This document shows positions 11,898 through 25,578 of a stretch of DNA of 64,000 nt, piece after piece; positions within the stretch are counted from its first letter, which is position 1; every line of letters begins with the position of its first letter. The position numbers and the translations under genes are program-made. The stretch lies in NCBI GenBank assembly GCA_964016885.1, contig OZ024741.1:272118001-272182000 (forward strand), written 5' to 3'. The stretch comes from Eledone cirrhosa. Its lineage: Eukaryota. Below the pieces are notes generated by a model. It ran no database searches. It had not been told where the DNA came from and was given only the letters and a program-made list of their open reading frames with translations.

Positions 11898-12420
11898 AAT
11901 AATAATAATGAACATTTTTGTTTATAGTGCTCAGGTGCACTACAAGTCATCAAAGGTACATGTAGAGTACATAGAATAATGTACAAAAGTCAGGAAAGTG
12001 AACAGTGTATGAGTCATGATATACACACAGATACATGTGTCGGTGTGTATGAGGGGGGAATATCAGGTGTACTGTTGGCGAATTTTAAGAAGCATGGAAG
12101 TTTTGAAGGATGTAGTGTCCCGACAGCTAATAACTGATGCAGGCAGTTTATTCCATCCTTCAGCAATTTTGAGCGTGAAAAAATGTTTCCGAAAGTCATG
12201 GGAGCTGTGCTGTTTTCTGGTTTTGTAAGCACTTCCACGGCTGTTAGACATATGGAATTTAAAAGGGTGCTCAGTGTTGTTGTTGGAAAGATGGTCAATA
12301 ATTTTGTGGGTGTCTACCAAGTCTGTTGTCAGACGTCAGAGCTTTAATGCCCAGGGAAGCAAGGCGTTCAGAGTATGGTAGATGCCTGATGGAGAGTATT
12401 CATTTGGTTGCACGTCTCTA
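11898..12420 (-). mobile_element. CR1-clade LINE 3' end
   Basis: ORF 12063..12320 (DTHKIIDHL..RKHFFTLKIAEGWNKLP) matches the 14357-15295 copy. Confidence 0.88.
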
Positions 12421-12649
12421 AATAGTTTTGAGACTTGCATGGATTGCACAAATCTTAGCATCTCATCCCATATCATGGTCCCAAGGTCAGACTTTCACAT
12501 ACTCAGGCCCTAAGCTATATGAAATTTGAGGGCCTTCACTGAAAAAAAAATCTTTTTTTTTATTTCGAAAATAGTTCAAATGACCAATATCCAGAGAGGA
12601 CTTGATAAAAGTTATATACATATGCAATAATAAATGAGTAAAGAAAGAA

Positions 12650-13025
12650 TATGATCATGAATACAAGTGGCTGAAATGGGGGTTCTTCTGAAGGGTCTTT
12701 GGAGTAACGTGACTCGATAGAGTGCGTAGTTCGGAGATCAGAGAGTCCATCCAGGTAGAGCTGCTACTTCTCAGAATTGAGAGATCACAGCTCTGATACG
12801 ATGGGCAGATAGCTAGAATGTCTCAGAAACGAATTGCTGGACAGATTTTATGGGCACAACCAACCAGTAGGAGATTCAAGTGTAGACCCTGAAGGTTGGA
12901 TAACATCCATGAGCTTGGCTGGTCTCGCTTAGGGATCCAGCTGGACCAGTTGGAGAAGGTTGCTTCTGACAGGACCTGGTGGAAGGAGTATATGAGGACT
13001 CTTTTCCCATGACCCTCTCAGGAAC
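12650..13025 (+). mobile_element. RTE (Expander/Rex3-like) LINE 3' relic
   Basis: Frameshifted AEMG..DRVRSSEIRESIQVELLLLRIERSQL*YDGQIARM..LGWSRLGI..VASDRTWW. Confidence 0.75.
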
Positions 13026-14004
13026 AAATATTTATTATTTGAACAGATTAAAAGTTAAAACATAGAGTTCTTGTTTTCACCTGTGCTCAGCTTTGTTAGG
13101 CTGTCTAATGAAGGTAAATTCAGGTGTAAATCAAGGGTCACTATCAATCTTTTCCTTATCAAATAAAATCCATACCTTACTCAATATGTATTGAGTACAT
13201 ACAATGTTTAATTATACGTGAAACACATCCATTAATATGTGTATGTGTCTGTGTATCTGAGTGTGCATATGTGTATGTGTGTGTGCATGTGTTTGTGTGT
13301 GTCTGTGTGTGTGTGTTATGCTTGTATGGGTTGGACAAGTTGTCATGGTCTTAAATTGAATGATGTTAAGACCACATATAAACACACACTCTCACACATA
13401 AACACTCACACATACACACACACAAACATTTGGAACCATAAGCTGTTGGCATTTTCCTGTTTATTTTTCAAATAACAGATGAATGTTTAAGTGTGTGTGT
13501 GTGACGTATGTGTGTATACATGCATGTGTGTGTGTTTATGAACGTGTGAAGTGTGTGTGTTTATGTGTGTATGTATGTGTCTGATATATTTGCATGTATA
13601 TGGTGTATGCTTCATGTACTTGTGTTTGTGTGTGTGCATGTGATGTGAGTGTGTTTATATGTGTGTATGTAAGTGTGTGTCTATGTGTTATAATATAGAT
13701 TGTTTGTTAAGATATTTATATTTAACTTTCTTATATCATCATCGTTTTTACCTCCACCTTTCCATTCTGCCATGGGTTGGGTGTGACTCTCTGAGACAAT
13801 GTTTAAAAGCCAGATGCCTTTCTTGACGCAACCCCTTTTGTCACTTCTAATGACACACATGGATATGGTATATCCATTCTAAACTGAATACACAAGGTGC
13901 TTAATGTCTGTTAAGTTCTAAATGTAAAGTTTAGAATATATTTGATAGAGCATAGTGTTTGTGTGACAGGCATACCAAAAGGCTATACAGTTATTATAAT
14001 ATAT

Positions 14005-14355
14005 TAAAGTGGTTGTGTAGATGTCATGACAAAAAGCCCCCAGCCCACACTGTAAATGTGGTCATGTTAGTGTCGCAACAAAAAGCACCCAGCCCACACT
14101 GTAAAGTGGTCATGTAGGTGTCACAACAAAAAGCACCCAACCCTCACTGTGAAGTGGTCATGTAGGTGTCGCAACAAAAAGCACCCAGCCCACACTGTAA
14201 ATTTGGTCAAGATTAGGAAGGGCATCCAGCCATAGAAACTAAGCCAGAAACAGTTCTGTATGAGCAAGACATAGTCACCCGACTTGCCTCAAATGGGACA
14301 ACCCGTCTAACCCATGCTAATGTGGAAAATCGACGTTAAACGATGATGATGATGG
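14005..14355 (+). mobile_element. RTE 3'UTR-derived repeat with about four tandem subunits of about 48 bp
   Basis: GTGGTCATGTAGGTGTC.CAACAAAAAGCACCCAGCCCACACTGTAAA is repeated, then ends ACGTTAAACGATGATGAT. Related tails at about 16115-16398, 20740-21135, 22752-23035, 38030-38212, 38796-39120 and 53885-54100. Confidence 0.8.
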
Positions 14356-14356
14356 A

Positions 14357-15295
14357 TTGTTCGTTAAGACTGATCCTGAAATCTACAACTCTTTCCTACA
14401 ATCAGACCTGGACACAATGCAGCAATGGATCACAGACTGGCAACTGAAGCTGGCTGTGGACAAGTGTACCACCTTGCATTTTGGGAGGAAAAATCCAGCG
14501 TCCACATACTCCCTCCACAACACTGATATCAAGAAGTCCTCTTGTGAACGTGACCCGGGCATTACTGTCAGCAGCGATTTGCGTTGGACAAAGCATTGTC
14601 AAGAAGGCCGAGGGTGTCTTGGCATCACTCAGCAAGACCTTTGTTAGCCGCTCTCCAGCCATCTATTTAAAGCTGTATACAGCTATGGTACGACCACACT
14701 TGGAATTCGCATCATCAGTCTGGAACCCCTATCTTGCTCAGAACATTTCTATCTTGGAAACTGTTCAGAGATGTGCAACCAAGCGCATACCCTCCATCAG
14801 ACACCTACCATACTCTGAACGCCTTGCTTCCCTGGGCATGGATTCATTGAAGCTCCGACGTCTGGCAAGGGACTTGGTAAACACCCACAAAGTTATTAAC
14901 CATCTCGCCAACAACAACCCTGAGCACCTTTTTGATCTCCATGTGTCTAACACACGTGGACATGCCTACAAAATCAGAAAACAGCACAGCTCCCATGATT
15001 TTCGTAAACATTTTTTCACGCTCAGAGTTGCTGAAGCATGGAACAAACTGCCTGCGTCAGTTGTTAGCTGCCGAGACACTGCATCCTTTAAAACTCTATG
15101 CTTCCCGAAATTCGCCCAAACTACACCTGATGTACCCCTTCCGTACACATGCACACATGTGTATATCATGACTCATGCACTGTTCATTTTCCTGACGTTT
15201 GTACATTACCCTATGTACTATACATACAATTTTTGATGAGTTGTAGTGCACCTGAACACTGTACACAATATTTTTATTATTATTATTATTATTAT
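14357..15295 (+). mobile_element. CR1-clade LINE, 5'-truncated RT C-terminus and 3'UTR
   Basis: LQSDLDTMQQWITDWQLKLAVDKC..ERDPGITVSSDLRW / LYTAMVRPHLEFASSVWNP..LETVQR.ATK..NTRGHAYK..AWNKLP, with one frameshift and a (TTA)n tail. Confidence 0.92.
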
Positions 15296-15319
15296 AATTA
15301 ACTTTCTTCTATATTCCAG

Positions 15320-15376
15320 GTAATTACAATTGGTTTCTGTATAATGTTCCTGTTTTGGAAACGATGGCGCATCTTA
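15320..15376 (+). CDS. Internal 57-nt coding exon of a multi-pass membrane protein (VITIGFCIMFLFWKRWRIL)
   Basis: Acceptor CTTTCTTCTATATTCCAG and donor GTAAGT at 15377. Phase 0-0 and stop-free; a hydrophobic stretch followed by a basic loop. Joins in frame to the 62767 exon. Confidence 0.7.
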
Positions 15377-15404
15377 GTAAGTATAGCTTTTTTGTATGAC
15401 TTTT

Positions 15405-15545
15405 ATTCCTTTATTGTTTTATAGGTTTCAGTCATTAGACTGTGGCCATGCTGGGGCACCACCTTCAATAAATTTAGTTAACCCCCATAACTTATATTTT
15501 TGATATCCGGTACTTATTTTATTGATTTCTTTTTGTTGAATCCCT
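15405..15545 (-). mobile_element. Third SINE-like family, partial
   Basis: TTTCAGTCATTAGACTGTGGCCATGCTGGGGCACC. An opposite-orientation relative lies at about 43340-43472 (ATGGCCACAGTCTGATGACT). Confidence 0.6.
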
Positions 15546-15910
15546 TTGTTTAGCAAGTTTCTATGGCTGATTATCCTTCCTATCACCAACAACTTTACAG
15601 AGTGTACTGGATGCATATTTGTGGCACCAGCACTAGAGAGGTTGTTGTGCCCTTGACACAACCAAAGAGCTCACTCAACCCTTAGTTTAGCAAGTTTTTT
15701 ATGGTTGATTACCCTTCACCAACCACTTTACAGGGTCTACTGGGTCCATATTTCTGGCACCAGCACTAAAGAGGTTGTTGTGCCCTTGACACAACCGAAG
15801 AGCTCACTCAACCTTTTGTTTGGCAAGTTTTTTGTGGCTGATTACCCTTCACTGACAACTTTACAGGGTCTACTGGGTACATATTTCTGGCACCAGCACT
15901 AGAGAGGTTA
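15542..15910. repeat. Tandem array of about 2.7 copies of a roughly 135-bp RTE-tail-like unit
   Basis: GTTTAGCAAGTTT..ACTTTACAG.GT.TACTGG..TGGCACCAGCACTA.AGAGGTT starts at about 15542, 15680 and 15812. Confidence 0.75.
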
Positions 15911-16078
15911 TCAGTCAGGCGTTAATTCTCAAAAAATGTGTTGAAACTGCAAGAGTTCAGCTGTTGGGAGGGGCCCAATTCTGTAATATATTTACTCTCT
16001 ACTATCCCAAATATCGCATACTCTGCTGAATAATGGTCTTATTAGTTTAACTCTGGTATAATTCTGATCTCTCTCTCT

Positions 16079-16113
<35 letters not shown>

Positions 16114-16513
16114 ATGCCCCCACACCCCCCACCGCAAGGTGGTCGTGGAGGTGCCACGGAAAAAAAGCACCCAGCCCACACTGTAAAGTGGACGTGTAGG
16201 CGCCACGGAAAAAAAGTACCCAGCACTCACTGTAAATGAGGTTGGTGTTAGGAAGGGCATCCAGCTGTAGAAATCAAGCCAAATCAGTTCCTGTATGAGC
16301 AAGGCATGGACAGCTGACCAGACACTGCCCACAACAAGACAACCCGTCTAACCCATGCTAGCGTGGAAGAACGGACGTAAAACGGTGATGATGATGATAT
16401 ATATATACACACATACAGAGAGAGGGAGTGTGTGTGTGAAAGAGAAATGTAACTAGGCAGTGCAAATTCAGTTCACATGTACGTATGCATGTATGCATAC
16501 ATACATATGCGTA

Positions 16514-16551
<38 letters not shown>

Positions 16552-16806
16552 AAATCCCCAAACATAGTTTTGTTAAAGTTCGGTGAAGAAACCAAATGTT
16601 ATATATTCCATCGTTAAAACAATGGGTTTTATATTTACTGGTTTCTGTAAATGTGACTTCATTTTAGGGAATAGGTGTGGTGTGATGGTTGAAATGTCAC
16701 ATTGATAACACTCAGGGATGTTTTTCACAAATGGAAATCACAAATCACGTGAATCATGTGGTGGTTGGAAGTAAAGAGAGAGGAGGGTGTAGCGAGAACA
16801 ACTGAT

Positions 16807-16890
<84 letters not shown>

Positions 16891-16952
16891 GGGGAAGAAT
16901 CGTGTTGGAAGTAAAGAGAGAGGAAGGTGTAGCGAGAACAACTGATTGATAG

Positions 16953-16987
<35 letters not shown>

Positions 16988-16989
16988 AG

Positions 16990-17063
<74 letters not shown>

Positions 17064-17229
17064 TAGATAGATAGATAAAGAGAGAAGAATCATGTAATGG
17101 AAGTAAAGAGAGAGGAGGGTGTAGCGAGAACATCTGATAGATTAGGGTTAACTAACTGGCACTCCTCTGTCTCTTCTACCACTACTACAATGGTTTCTGC
17201 TCTACTGAATTCTAAAAGTCTAAAGTCTG

Positions 17230-17450
17230 GCTCAAACACGGAGGCTCATGAGGCCGGTACTTATCCAAGTTTCTGTGGCTTTGACTGAGAGTACAAGACT
17301 CCCCCCTGGACAGGATGCCAGTCCATCGCAGAGTTAAACCCCCAGCTATTGCTGGGACTCATTTTCAGCTGAGTATACTGGAGCAACATGAAATGAAGTG
17401 TCTTGCTCAAGAACACAACACACAACCCAGTCCAGGAATCGAACCCTGGG
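17230..17450 (-). mobile_element. CORE-like SINE fragment
   Basis: CTCATTTTCAGCTGAGTATACTGGAGCAACATGAAATGAAGTGTCTTGCTCAAG is the reverse complement of the SINE core. Similar minus copies at about 30430-30765 and 48095-48345; plus-strand partials at about 11592, 26370 and 45658. Confidence 0.75.
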
Positions 17451-17664
17451 GCCTAATCATTAAAAAGAAACCTCATATGAGATGCAACCTTGTAGGAGGC
17501 CAGGTAAAACTACATAGGAGTGGGTCTCCTATAATTAGAAATACCTGAGAAACCTCCTATTAGATGTAAACTAGGACACAGTTGTGAGTTGTAATAACAT
17601 GATAGGACTGAGTCCCCTATCATTGAGAAACTTCCTATGAGATGCAATCTAAAAAAATGACCAG

Positions 17665-18099
17665 TTAACCCTCTAGCATTTAAACCGGTTGTAATCAGCC
17701 GCTCATATTGATGTTAAGGTATTGTTCTCAAAATAATATCAGGATCTCATAAATTTGATATTATGTGAGATAATTATATGAGGTAAAACCTTTACCGTAA
17801 AAATATGATAAAAATACAGAGTAATGTAAATGCTATGTGCGATAATTAGGTGAGGTAAAGCCTTTACCGTGAAAATATAATAGTATATATAGAGTAATGT
17901 AAATCGGGAATGTCAAACATGCGGCCCGCATAAAGGTTTTTACAGCGCAAGTATGTTTTATCTTTGTAATAAAATAAAAGAATGTGTTGTAATGTCTGCA
18001 ATTAGTTGTCGTGTGGCCCTCAGACAACACATATGAGACCCATGTGGCCCTTGGGAGACCCTCAATTTGACATACCTGATGTAAATGCTAGAGGGTTAA
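17665..18099. mobile_element. piggyBac-type MITE
   Basis: TTAA|CCCTCTAGCATTTA ... TAAATGCTAGAGGG|TTAA: TTAA target site and terminal inverted repeats. Same family at 30925, 32258 and 62058. Confidence 0.85.
17905..18078. mobile_element. hAT-type MITE nested in the piggyBac MITE
   Basis: TIRs CGGGAATGTCAAA / TTTGACATACCTG are flanked by the 8-bp duplication ATGTAAAT (17897-17904 and 18079-18086). Confidence 0.85.
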
Positions 18100-19342
18100 A
18101 TCTACATAGGTGTGAGCTGTAACAACAACAACAACAACAACAACAGCAGCATACTAAACACTTTTCCCAGTCTTCTTCTCCTTCATAGTTCTGCATATAT
18201 CTCTCCCCAACATCATCAACATATGTCTGTTTTCCATGATAGCATTGGCATGGGTTGGACAGGTTATCATGCTCAGTCCCCCCCCCCCCCCCCGAGAACT
18301 ATGTTATGGGTGCATGTCCACTTGCACATTAATTTCATACGTGGGGTAATGGGGAGGGCGAGGGGGCTGTTCCGTTGATTGAACGACTGGGACACTCATC
18401 CTTGTTGGCCGTTGTTGTGGAAACCAACAGAGATCCATTACTTAAGTATTCCACTCTCCTCACCCTCTCCCTCCACCTATCCCCTCTCCCTTTCTTTATT
18501 AACTTCTGTTGCTAGTCTATCTGTCTGTCTGTCTGTTAGTACCTCTTTATACTAACTAACTCTCTATTTAACATTGTCACACTACAAAATGTCTACACTG
18601 CTGTTAAGACTGGTGGAAAATGTCAAACAGCCCCCCCCCCTTCTTTCTCTCCTCTCTCTCTCTCCCTCTCTCTTTCTCTCTCTCCTCTCTTTCTCTATCT
18701 TTCCTCTCTCACTCTCTTCTCTCTCACACACTCTCTCTCTCTCCCCTCCTGTCTGGTGTTCACTGTCACATCTAAATAGTGTGGGAACTGGCTTCCCACT
18801 CTGTCATGACTACAGTAGTGGTGAGGGGTGGGGGATATGTTTTAGTACTAGTAGTGGTGGTGGTGGTAATAGTTGTTATTGTCATGCTTCTTTCAACATA
18901 GAGCAGTGATTGTAGTAATAATTGTTTCTACTCTAGGCACAAGGCCAGCAAATTATCCAGTGCATTACTGGTACTTTATTTTATCGACCCCGTAAGGATG
19001 AAAGGCAAAGTCAACCTCGGCGGGATTTGAACTCAGATCGTAAAGGGACGTAACTATGCTGGAAAGCATGGCGTCCGACCTTCTACCGATACTGCCAATC
19101 CACTGCCCTGATTGTAGTAATAATAATGGTGGTGGTGGTAGTGGTGGTCACAGTTCTGTTAACTTATGCTAAGCTATCCATTATCCCTTTAGCCACTGCA
19201 TAATGGAGTTCCTATCTGTGTGTGTGTGTATGTATATATATATATATATTTATTAAATAACAGATTAAAGTTTAAGCAAAGAATCGCTGCTTTCACCCTT
19301 ATCGAGCCCTCTTTGGATTTTAGTCTTCAATTTTATTATTAT

Positions 19343-19396
<54 letters not shown>

Positions 19397-19616
19397 ATGT
19401 AATAAACAACATAAGGCAATTATTCCATTTACCAGTGGTTTCTTAAAAGCAAAAGGTTTTGCTTTCAATCCTCAGAACGAAAAAATCCTGGTTTGTTTAT
19501 TGAATTTGGATCTTAAAAACAAAAAAAGCAAGCTATATGAAAGTGAGGCTGGAGAAGGAAGAAGGAAAGGAAAAAATAAAAACAAAATAAGACTACCCAT
19601 ACAACCACACATACAC

Positions 19617-19659
<43 letters not shown>

Positions 19660-20023
19660 TGTGTATGCGCGCACGCACGCACGCGTATACAAATATAAAT
19701 ATATTTCCCCCATACACATGTGTGTGCGTGCATGCGCGCATACGCGAAGGGTATGTTCTGTTGAAAGTGTCTCGTGAATTTATGGCTACAGTTGTATAGA
19801 TTATACTTAGAAATTGTCCACAGAATTCCCTAAACCTTCGTCAATATACTAGAACCTTTAAGAAATCTCCCCTTCCTCCAAATCTATCTACCATGACTGA
19901 CCCCATACTGATCTTACAGACACCTGTAAGCTAAAGAGGAAGCTAATGATAAGGATTGGCTCCAATCTGAATACAGAAATCTGTCTGCCTTTGTTCCTCT
20001 AAGAACAAACATATACAAACATT

Positions 20024-20091
<68 letters not shown>

Positions 20092-20539
20092 TATCTACAC
20101 ACACACACGCATACATATATATATATATATACACACACACACATATACACACACACACATACACACACACACATGCATATATACACACACATACACACAC
20201 ACAAAAGCACATATACATACGCACGAAATAGTCAACGCATTCACACACTCTCACACATAAAAAAATTTTTCAAATACAAATACATAACCGCATACATACG
20301 CATACATGCATAACCACGCACAAGTGTACAATCTATACACACACACACACATGTGTATACAACTATATGCACACACACACATATATGCATACATAAGCAC
20401 ACATATAATTACATAAATACAAACATACACACACACATATATATACACACGTACACATACACACACATATACATACATAGCTAAACAATTATACACATAC
20501 AAATACGTATATATCATAAACACGCGCAACAGAACACAA

Positions 20540-20572
<33 letters not shown>

Positions 20573-20621
20573 CATATACAATTATCAATATATACACACG
20601 CACATATGTACACACACACAT

Positions 20622-20670
<49 letters not shown>

Positions 20671-21189
20671 CATGCATATACACATATACACACATACACA
20701 ACCATGCCCACACACATGCATACGCATACACACACCTACACCTCTCAAAGTCAATGACACACGACCGTGACTTCTGGCGTCACGCAGTAATACAGGGTAC
20801 CCGACCTCCCATGGGTACATGCTGAAGCATATAAACAATATGCCCCCCCCCCCCCCCCTCCACCGCAAGGTGGCCGTGGAGGTGCCACGGCAAAAAAGCA
20901 CCCAGCCCACACTGTAAAGTGGACGTGTAGGCGCCACGAAAAAGCACCCAGCACTCACTGTAAATGAGGTTGGTGTTAGGAAGGGCATCCAGCTGTAGAA
21001 ATCAAGCCAGATCAGTTCCTGTATGAGCAAGGCATGGTCAGCCGACCAGACACTGCCCACAACAGGACAACCCGTCTAACCCATGCTAGCGTGGAAGAAC
21101 GGACGTAAAACGGTGATCATGATGATGATGATGACACGTATGATAAACCATAAGGACCTTACATATACGTATATTAGTAGTAAAGTATT

Positions 21190-21396
21190 AAAGCAACATA
21201 AGGCAATTATTCCATTTACCAAGGGTTTCTTAAAAGCAAAAAGATTTTCCTACAATCTTCAGGATGAGAGAAACCTGGCTTATCCACACATACACATATA
21301 TACACACACAAATACATACATATATAAATACATACACACAGGCACACACACACATACGTATAAACATATATACATACACACATACACACACATATC

Positions 21397-21444
<48 letters not shown>

Positions 21445-22470
21445 TACACACAAATATACACACACATACACATAGGTATGTGGAGGGCAAGGCAAAAAGA
21501 ATATATGTGGGGGCCGCATAGGAGAAGGTAAAATATAAGGGGAGGTAAGGGAGAAAAAAATATATAATAAATGTAGGTATACAAGAGTACAGAACGTAGA
21601 AACAGTAAAATAAAAACCGTAGCAGAAGTAAAGAGCGGGAGAAGGAGTTCAAGGCGGTTGATTTCTCATAGGAGTGTCAATCCAGTTACAGATCAGGTGC
21701 GGTCTCAGATGAGGACAGCATCTGAAGATCTCAGTCTTTGAATTAAGGCAAGCGGAAGTGTCTCTCAAGTTTAGCAAAATCCTATACTTTTCTGTGGTAC
21801 ACAAAGAACAATTCTTTGTGCCCCTTTGGTACTCCCTCGAATGGTCTATATATGTTACTATCCTTGAGTTCCCACACCTTACTTGCGAGGGCCGTTGATG
21901 TTCGTTTATCGGAGTGCTTAAAAGAAGCGACATGTGAGTAAAATCTGGTTTTAAACCTGTCCTGGGTCATACCGACATATCGCTCACTCCTGGCTGGCTG
22001 GTTGTTGATTACTGGTGTTATCGTAGCCTCATAAACGACAGATTTAGTGTTACATCTACCCTGCAATGGGCATTCGTCCGGCTTCCTGCAACTGCATCCT
22101 GGATTTATTCTCGTCCGGTTTGAGCTGGTGATTTTGGACTTCATAGATGGGCAACAAGAGTAGCTGATCTTGACTACGTTCCTATTAAATATCTTATAGT
22201 ATCTATGATTAGGAGGAAAATGTTTGTCTAATAGTTCAAGGAATTTCCTTCATACATTAGTTTTGACAGTTAGAGAGAAGGGGGGTGTGAACCAAATAAT
22301 CTTCCTTTTCCTGTTATTGTGGTTAGTTTTAGGGGGGGGGGGGGGGGAGTAGGTAAATAAGAAATTTTTTCTGTAAAACCGCTGTTCTTAAGGGCTTTAT
22401 TATAATAAGGGGCGGCTTTATTAAAAATGTCTATAGACGAAGATAAGGTAGAAATCCTACGGCTAATACG
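21190..22470 (-). mobile_element. Penelope-like element, Naiad-type 3' half (thumb, CxCx5C linker, GIY-YIG) plus 3' tail
   Basis: ISRRISTLSS..APYYNKALKNSGF..IIWFTPPFS..KISYSC..GCSCRKPDECPLQGRC..VVYEA..YVGMT..FKTRFYSH..CSLCTTEKY..LNSKTE..CPH, with frameshifts. A related tail lies at about 19400-19500. Confidence 0.88.
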
Positions 22471-23035
22471 GTATATATATATATATACATACACATATAT
22501 ATATATATATACATACACGTATACATATATATATATGTGTGTGTGTGTGTGTGTATATATGTGTGTGTGTATATATACGTGTGTGTTTGTGTATATATAT
22601 ATATATGTGTGTGTGCTTGTGTATGTATGTGTATATGTGTGTGTATGTATATATATATATATATATATATGTGTGTATGAGTGTGTTTTGTGTATGTATG
22701 TGTATATGTGTGTGTGTGTGTATGTGTGTGTATATATATATATATATATGAAGTTGTGTTGGTACCACAGCATCCAGTCCTAAATAAATGAGGTCGTGTA
22801 GGTGTCACGACAAAAAAACACACAGTCCAGGCTGTAATATGGCCATGTAGGTAACATGGTAAAAACCTCCCAGTCCACACTGTAAACGTGGTTGGTGTTA
22901 GGAAGGGCATCCAGCCGTAGAAAACCCGCCAGACAGTCCTGAGCAAGACAACCAATCTTACCTCAAGTGGGACAATTCCCATCCAGACCCATGCTAGCGT
23001 GGAAGATGGACGTTAAACGATGATGATGATGATGA

Positions 23036-23842
23036 ACAGCAATGTTACATGGCAGTGAGACCTGGGCATTGTGTGCAGAGGACCTGTGCAGACTGGAGAG
23101 GAACGAAGCTTGCATGCTCCGTTGGATGTGTAATAGTAATATACGCGAATGGCAAAGCATGAATGAACTAAGTGAGAAATTAGGAATAAGAGGGATCAGA
23201 TGCTGTTTACTCGAGAGAAGACTACGTTGGTATGGTCACGTGATGCGCATGAAAGATGACAGCTGTATAAAAAAGTGCATGGCGATCAAAATAGATGGAA
23301 GTTACGGAGTAGGTAAACCCAGAAAAACCTGGGACGATTTGATAAATTCCGACCTTACACACTTACACCTCTTTAAGACAATGTCACTGGACCGAGATCT
23401 TTGGTGCTACACAGTAATACAGAAGAACTACCTTCCTTATGTGCAAAGCGAAACCTAGTCAGTAGGCACCTCTTAACCAAATATAAACCCCAACCCACAT
23501 ACCCCTACTCCATCCCCTCACTTCCACCCACACCACCCTTTCTCTGTAAAGTTATGTTGGTACCACAGAACATCCAGTCCACACTAAAGAGGTCATGTAG
23601 GTGTCACGACAAAAAGCACCCAGTCCACACTGTAAAGTGGTCATGTAGGTAACACGGTAAAAAGGTTCTCAGCCCACACTGTAAATGTGGTTAGTGTTAG
23701 GAAGGGCATCCAGCCGTAGAAAACCTGCCAGATACAGTCCTATATGAGCGAGACACGGTCACCCGATCAATCTTGCCTCAAGTGGGACAATTCCGTCTAA
23801 CCCATGCTAGTGTGGAAGAGAGACGTTAAACGATGATGATGC
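23036..23842 (+). mobile_element. RTE LINE 3' end directly after the (GAT)n tail of another RTE end
   Basis: ORF 23042..23458 (MLHGSETW..RRLRWYGHVMRM..GKPRKTW), then 3'UTR and (GAT)n. Confidence 0.9.
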
Positions 23843-24462
23843 TTATACACACACACATATACATATACATATAGAAATGGCTTCTACGGGACTAGAACTG
23901 TTTCATTCGAATGAAATCTCCAGGATGATTTCCCTCGAATGAAACAGTTTTAGTCCTGTAGAAGCCATTTCTATATTAAAAATTTATACTCTGTTATGTA
24001 TTGAGTACCTTACTTACGGTGGTTAGATAGCTTCACCAAGCTACAATTGAACAAACATGGTGAGTACAGCTACACCCACTGGAGAAGTTAAACTCCATGA
24101 CAGTAACACATGAGATCCTCGTAACTGTCCTGTTATCTTGCCTTGGCTTGTCACTGGACACATAGCTGTGGTGATGGAGTGGGTGATATGTGTGTAGTAC
24201 AACCATCTAGCATTGCCATATCTTTATGTGCAGATATTTATTCACAAGTCACACAGTAGTGGAGGAATGGCAATGTGTGCAGACTCAATCAGTTACAAAC
24301 ACATAGTCACAAATGTTCATGTGGGGGGGCTCAAGTCTTATCCTAACATCACTGTTAACCTGAACAGCAACATGCTTCGGCAGTGGTTCATAATATCAGG
24401 GAATTAATTGAAGAGATAGCTGTCTTCTGCAAAGAAGTGGCTGTTATATATATATATATATA

Positions 24463-24850
24463 TACTTGGCATGACAATAAAGTCTTTAGAATAACCCTTT
24501 AAACGAAAATGCACAACATATTGAAACTAAAATTTATTTATTCTGCAAAACACAATCTCCATAGAATGCAATAACATCTTTACAGTGCTTATGCAAAGCA
24601 TTTAACTCTTTCTGGAACCATTCCTTCGGCAATTGTCAAAATCAGCACAACAATTCATCTACCAACTCTTCTAATGAACTGCAAACACATTTTCAAAGAT
24701 GTTTCAAAGATGTTGAAGACCCAACTATTGCACAAATTTATGTCTGGACTATAGGGTGATTGTTTGATCATTGCCACTCCTCTGGAAAAAATCTTTTGTG
24801 GATTGAGCAGGTCAATGCATGTATTATAAACTCACAAGAATGACAGCAAA
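24463..24850 (-). mobile_element. mariner transposase relic (C-terminal part)
   Basis: Minus strand SPYSPDINLCNSW (YSPDLAPxD-like), then SSLEELVDELL..QLPKEWFQKELNALHKHCKDVIAFYGDCV; TA flank. Confidence 0.72.
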
Positions 24851-25424
24851 ATAATTATGCATAGGCCTGTGACGAAATACAGCATTCATACAGAATATCA
24901 CACGTGTACAACAAAGATAAAATTCCAACTAATATCAACTACATTTACTGCTATGTACGGCACACAGCCTACTATTCTAAAGACTTTATTGCCACGCCAA
25001 TCGCACATTCTTCGGTTTGTTGTTTCCCGTTTTCTTTTCCGTTTTCTCCACTGTTTTTCTCTTTTCTCTCTTTTTTTCCCTTTTCCCTCCTGTTATCCTA
25101 TATTTTCCTTCCCTCCCTCCTCCGTTTTCCCAATAACTTACCTAGTTATTGAAAGCAACTGGGGGTAGATATATTGTCTTTAATGCGTTGAAATATCTGA
25201 GACCCCCAGCAGACAACTGATGAGGAAAACTTCCTCCCCCGTTCTTGCTTTCTTCTTATTATTTTTAAGCCTATATATATATATATAAACACACATACAC
25301 ACACATATGTTTGTGTACTTCCAAATTTACCTTTGGATTATTTATGTTGTTTTTATTTACAAAGCATTGTTACTTTTCTTTTAGGGTGTTTGTTACGATT
25401 TAAAAAAAAGGGTTTTGGTTTATA

Positions 25425-25578
25425 TTAATTATAAGCCGACCCCACTATTTTATGTCGCAGAATTTGAAGTTGGTGAAAATAATAAAAAAATTGACCTTGA
25501 ATATATGCCGTCCCCACTCCTTTCTACCATTGATTTTAGGCCCCATATTCCTCGGTTATTATTCGAGTATATATGGTG
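25425..25578. mobile_element. Tc1/mariner (Tc2/pogo-like) MITE remnant
   Basis: TATAAGCCGACCCC and a terminal CTCGGTTATTATTCGAGTATATATGG resembling Tc2-type TIR arrays. Confidence 0.5.
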
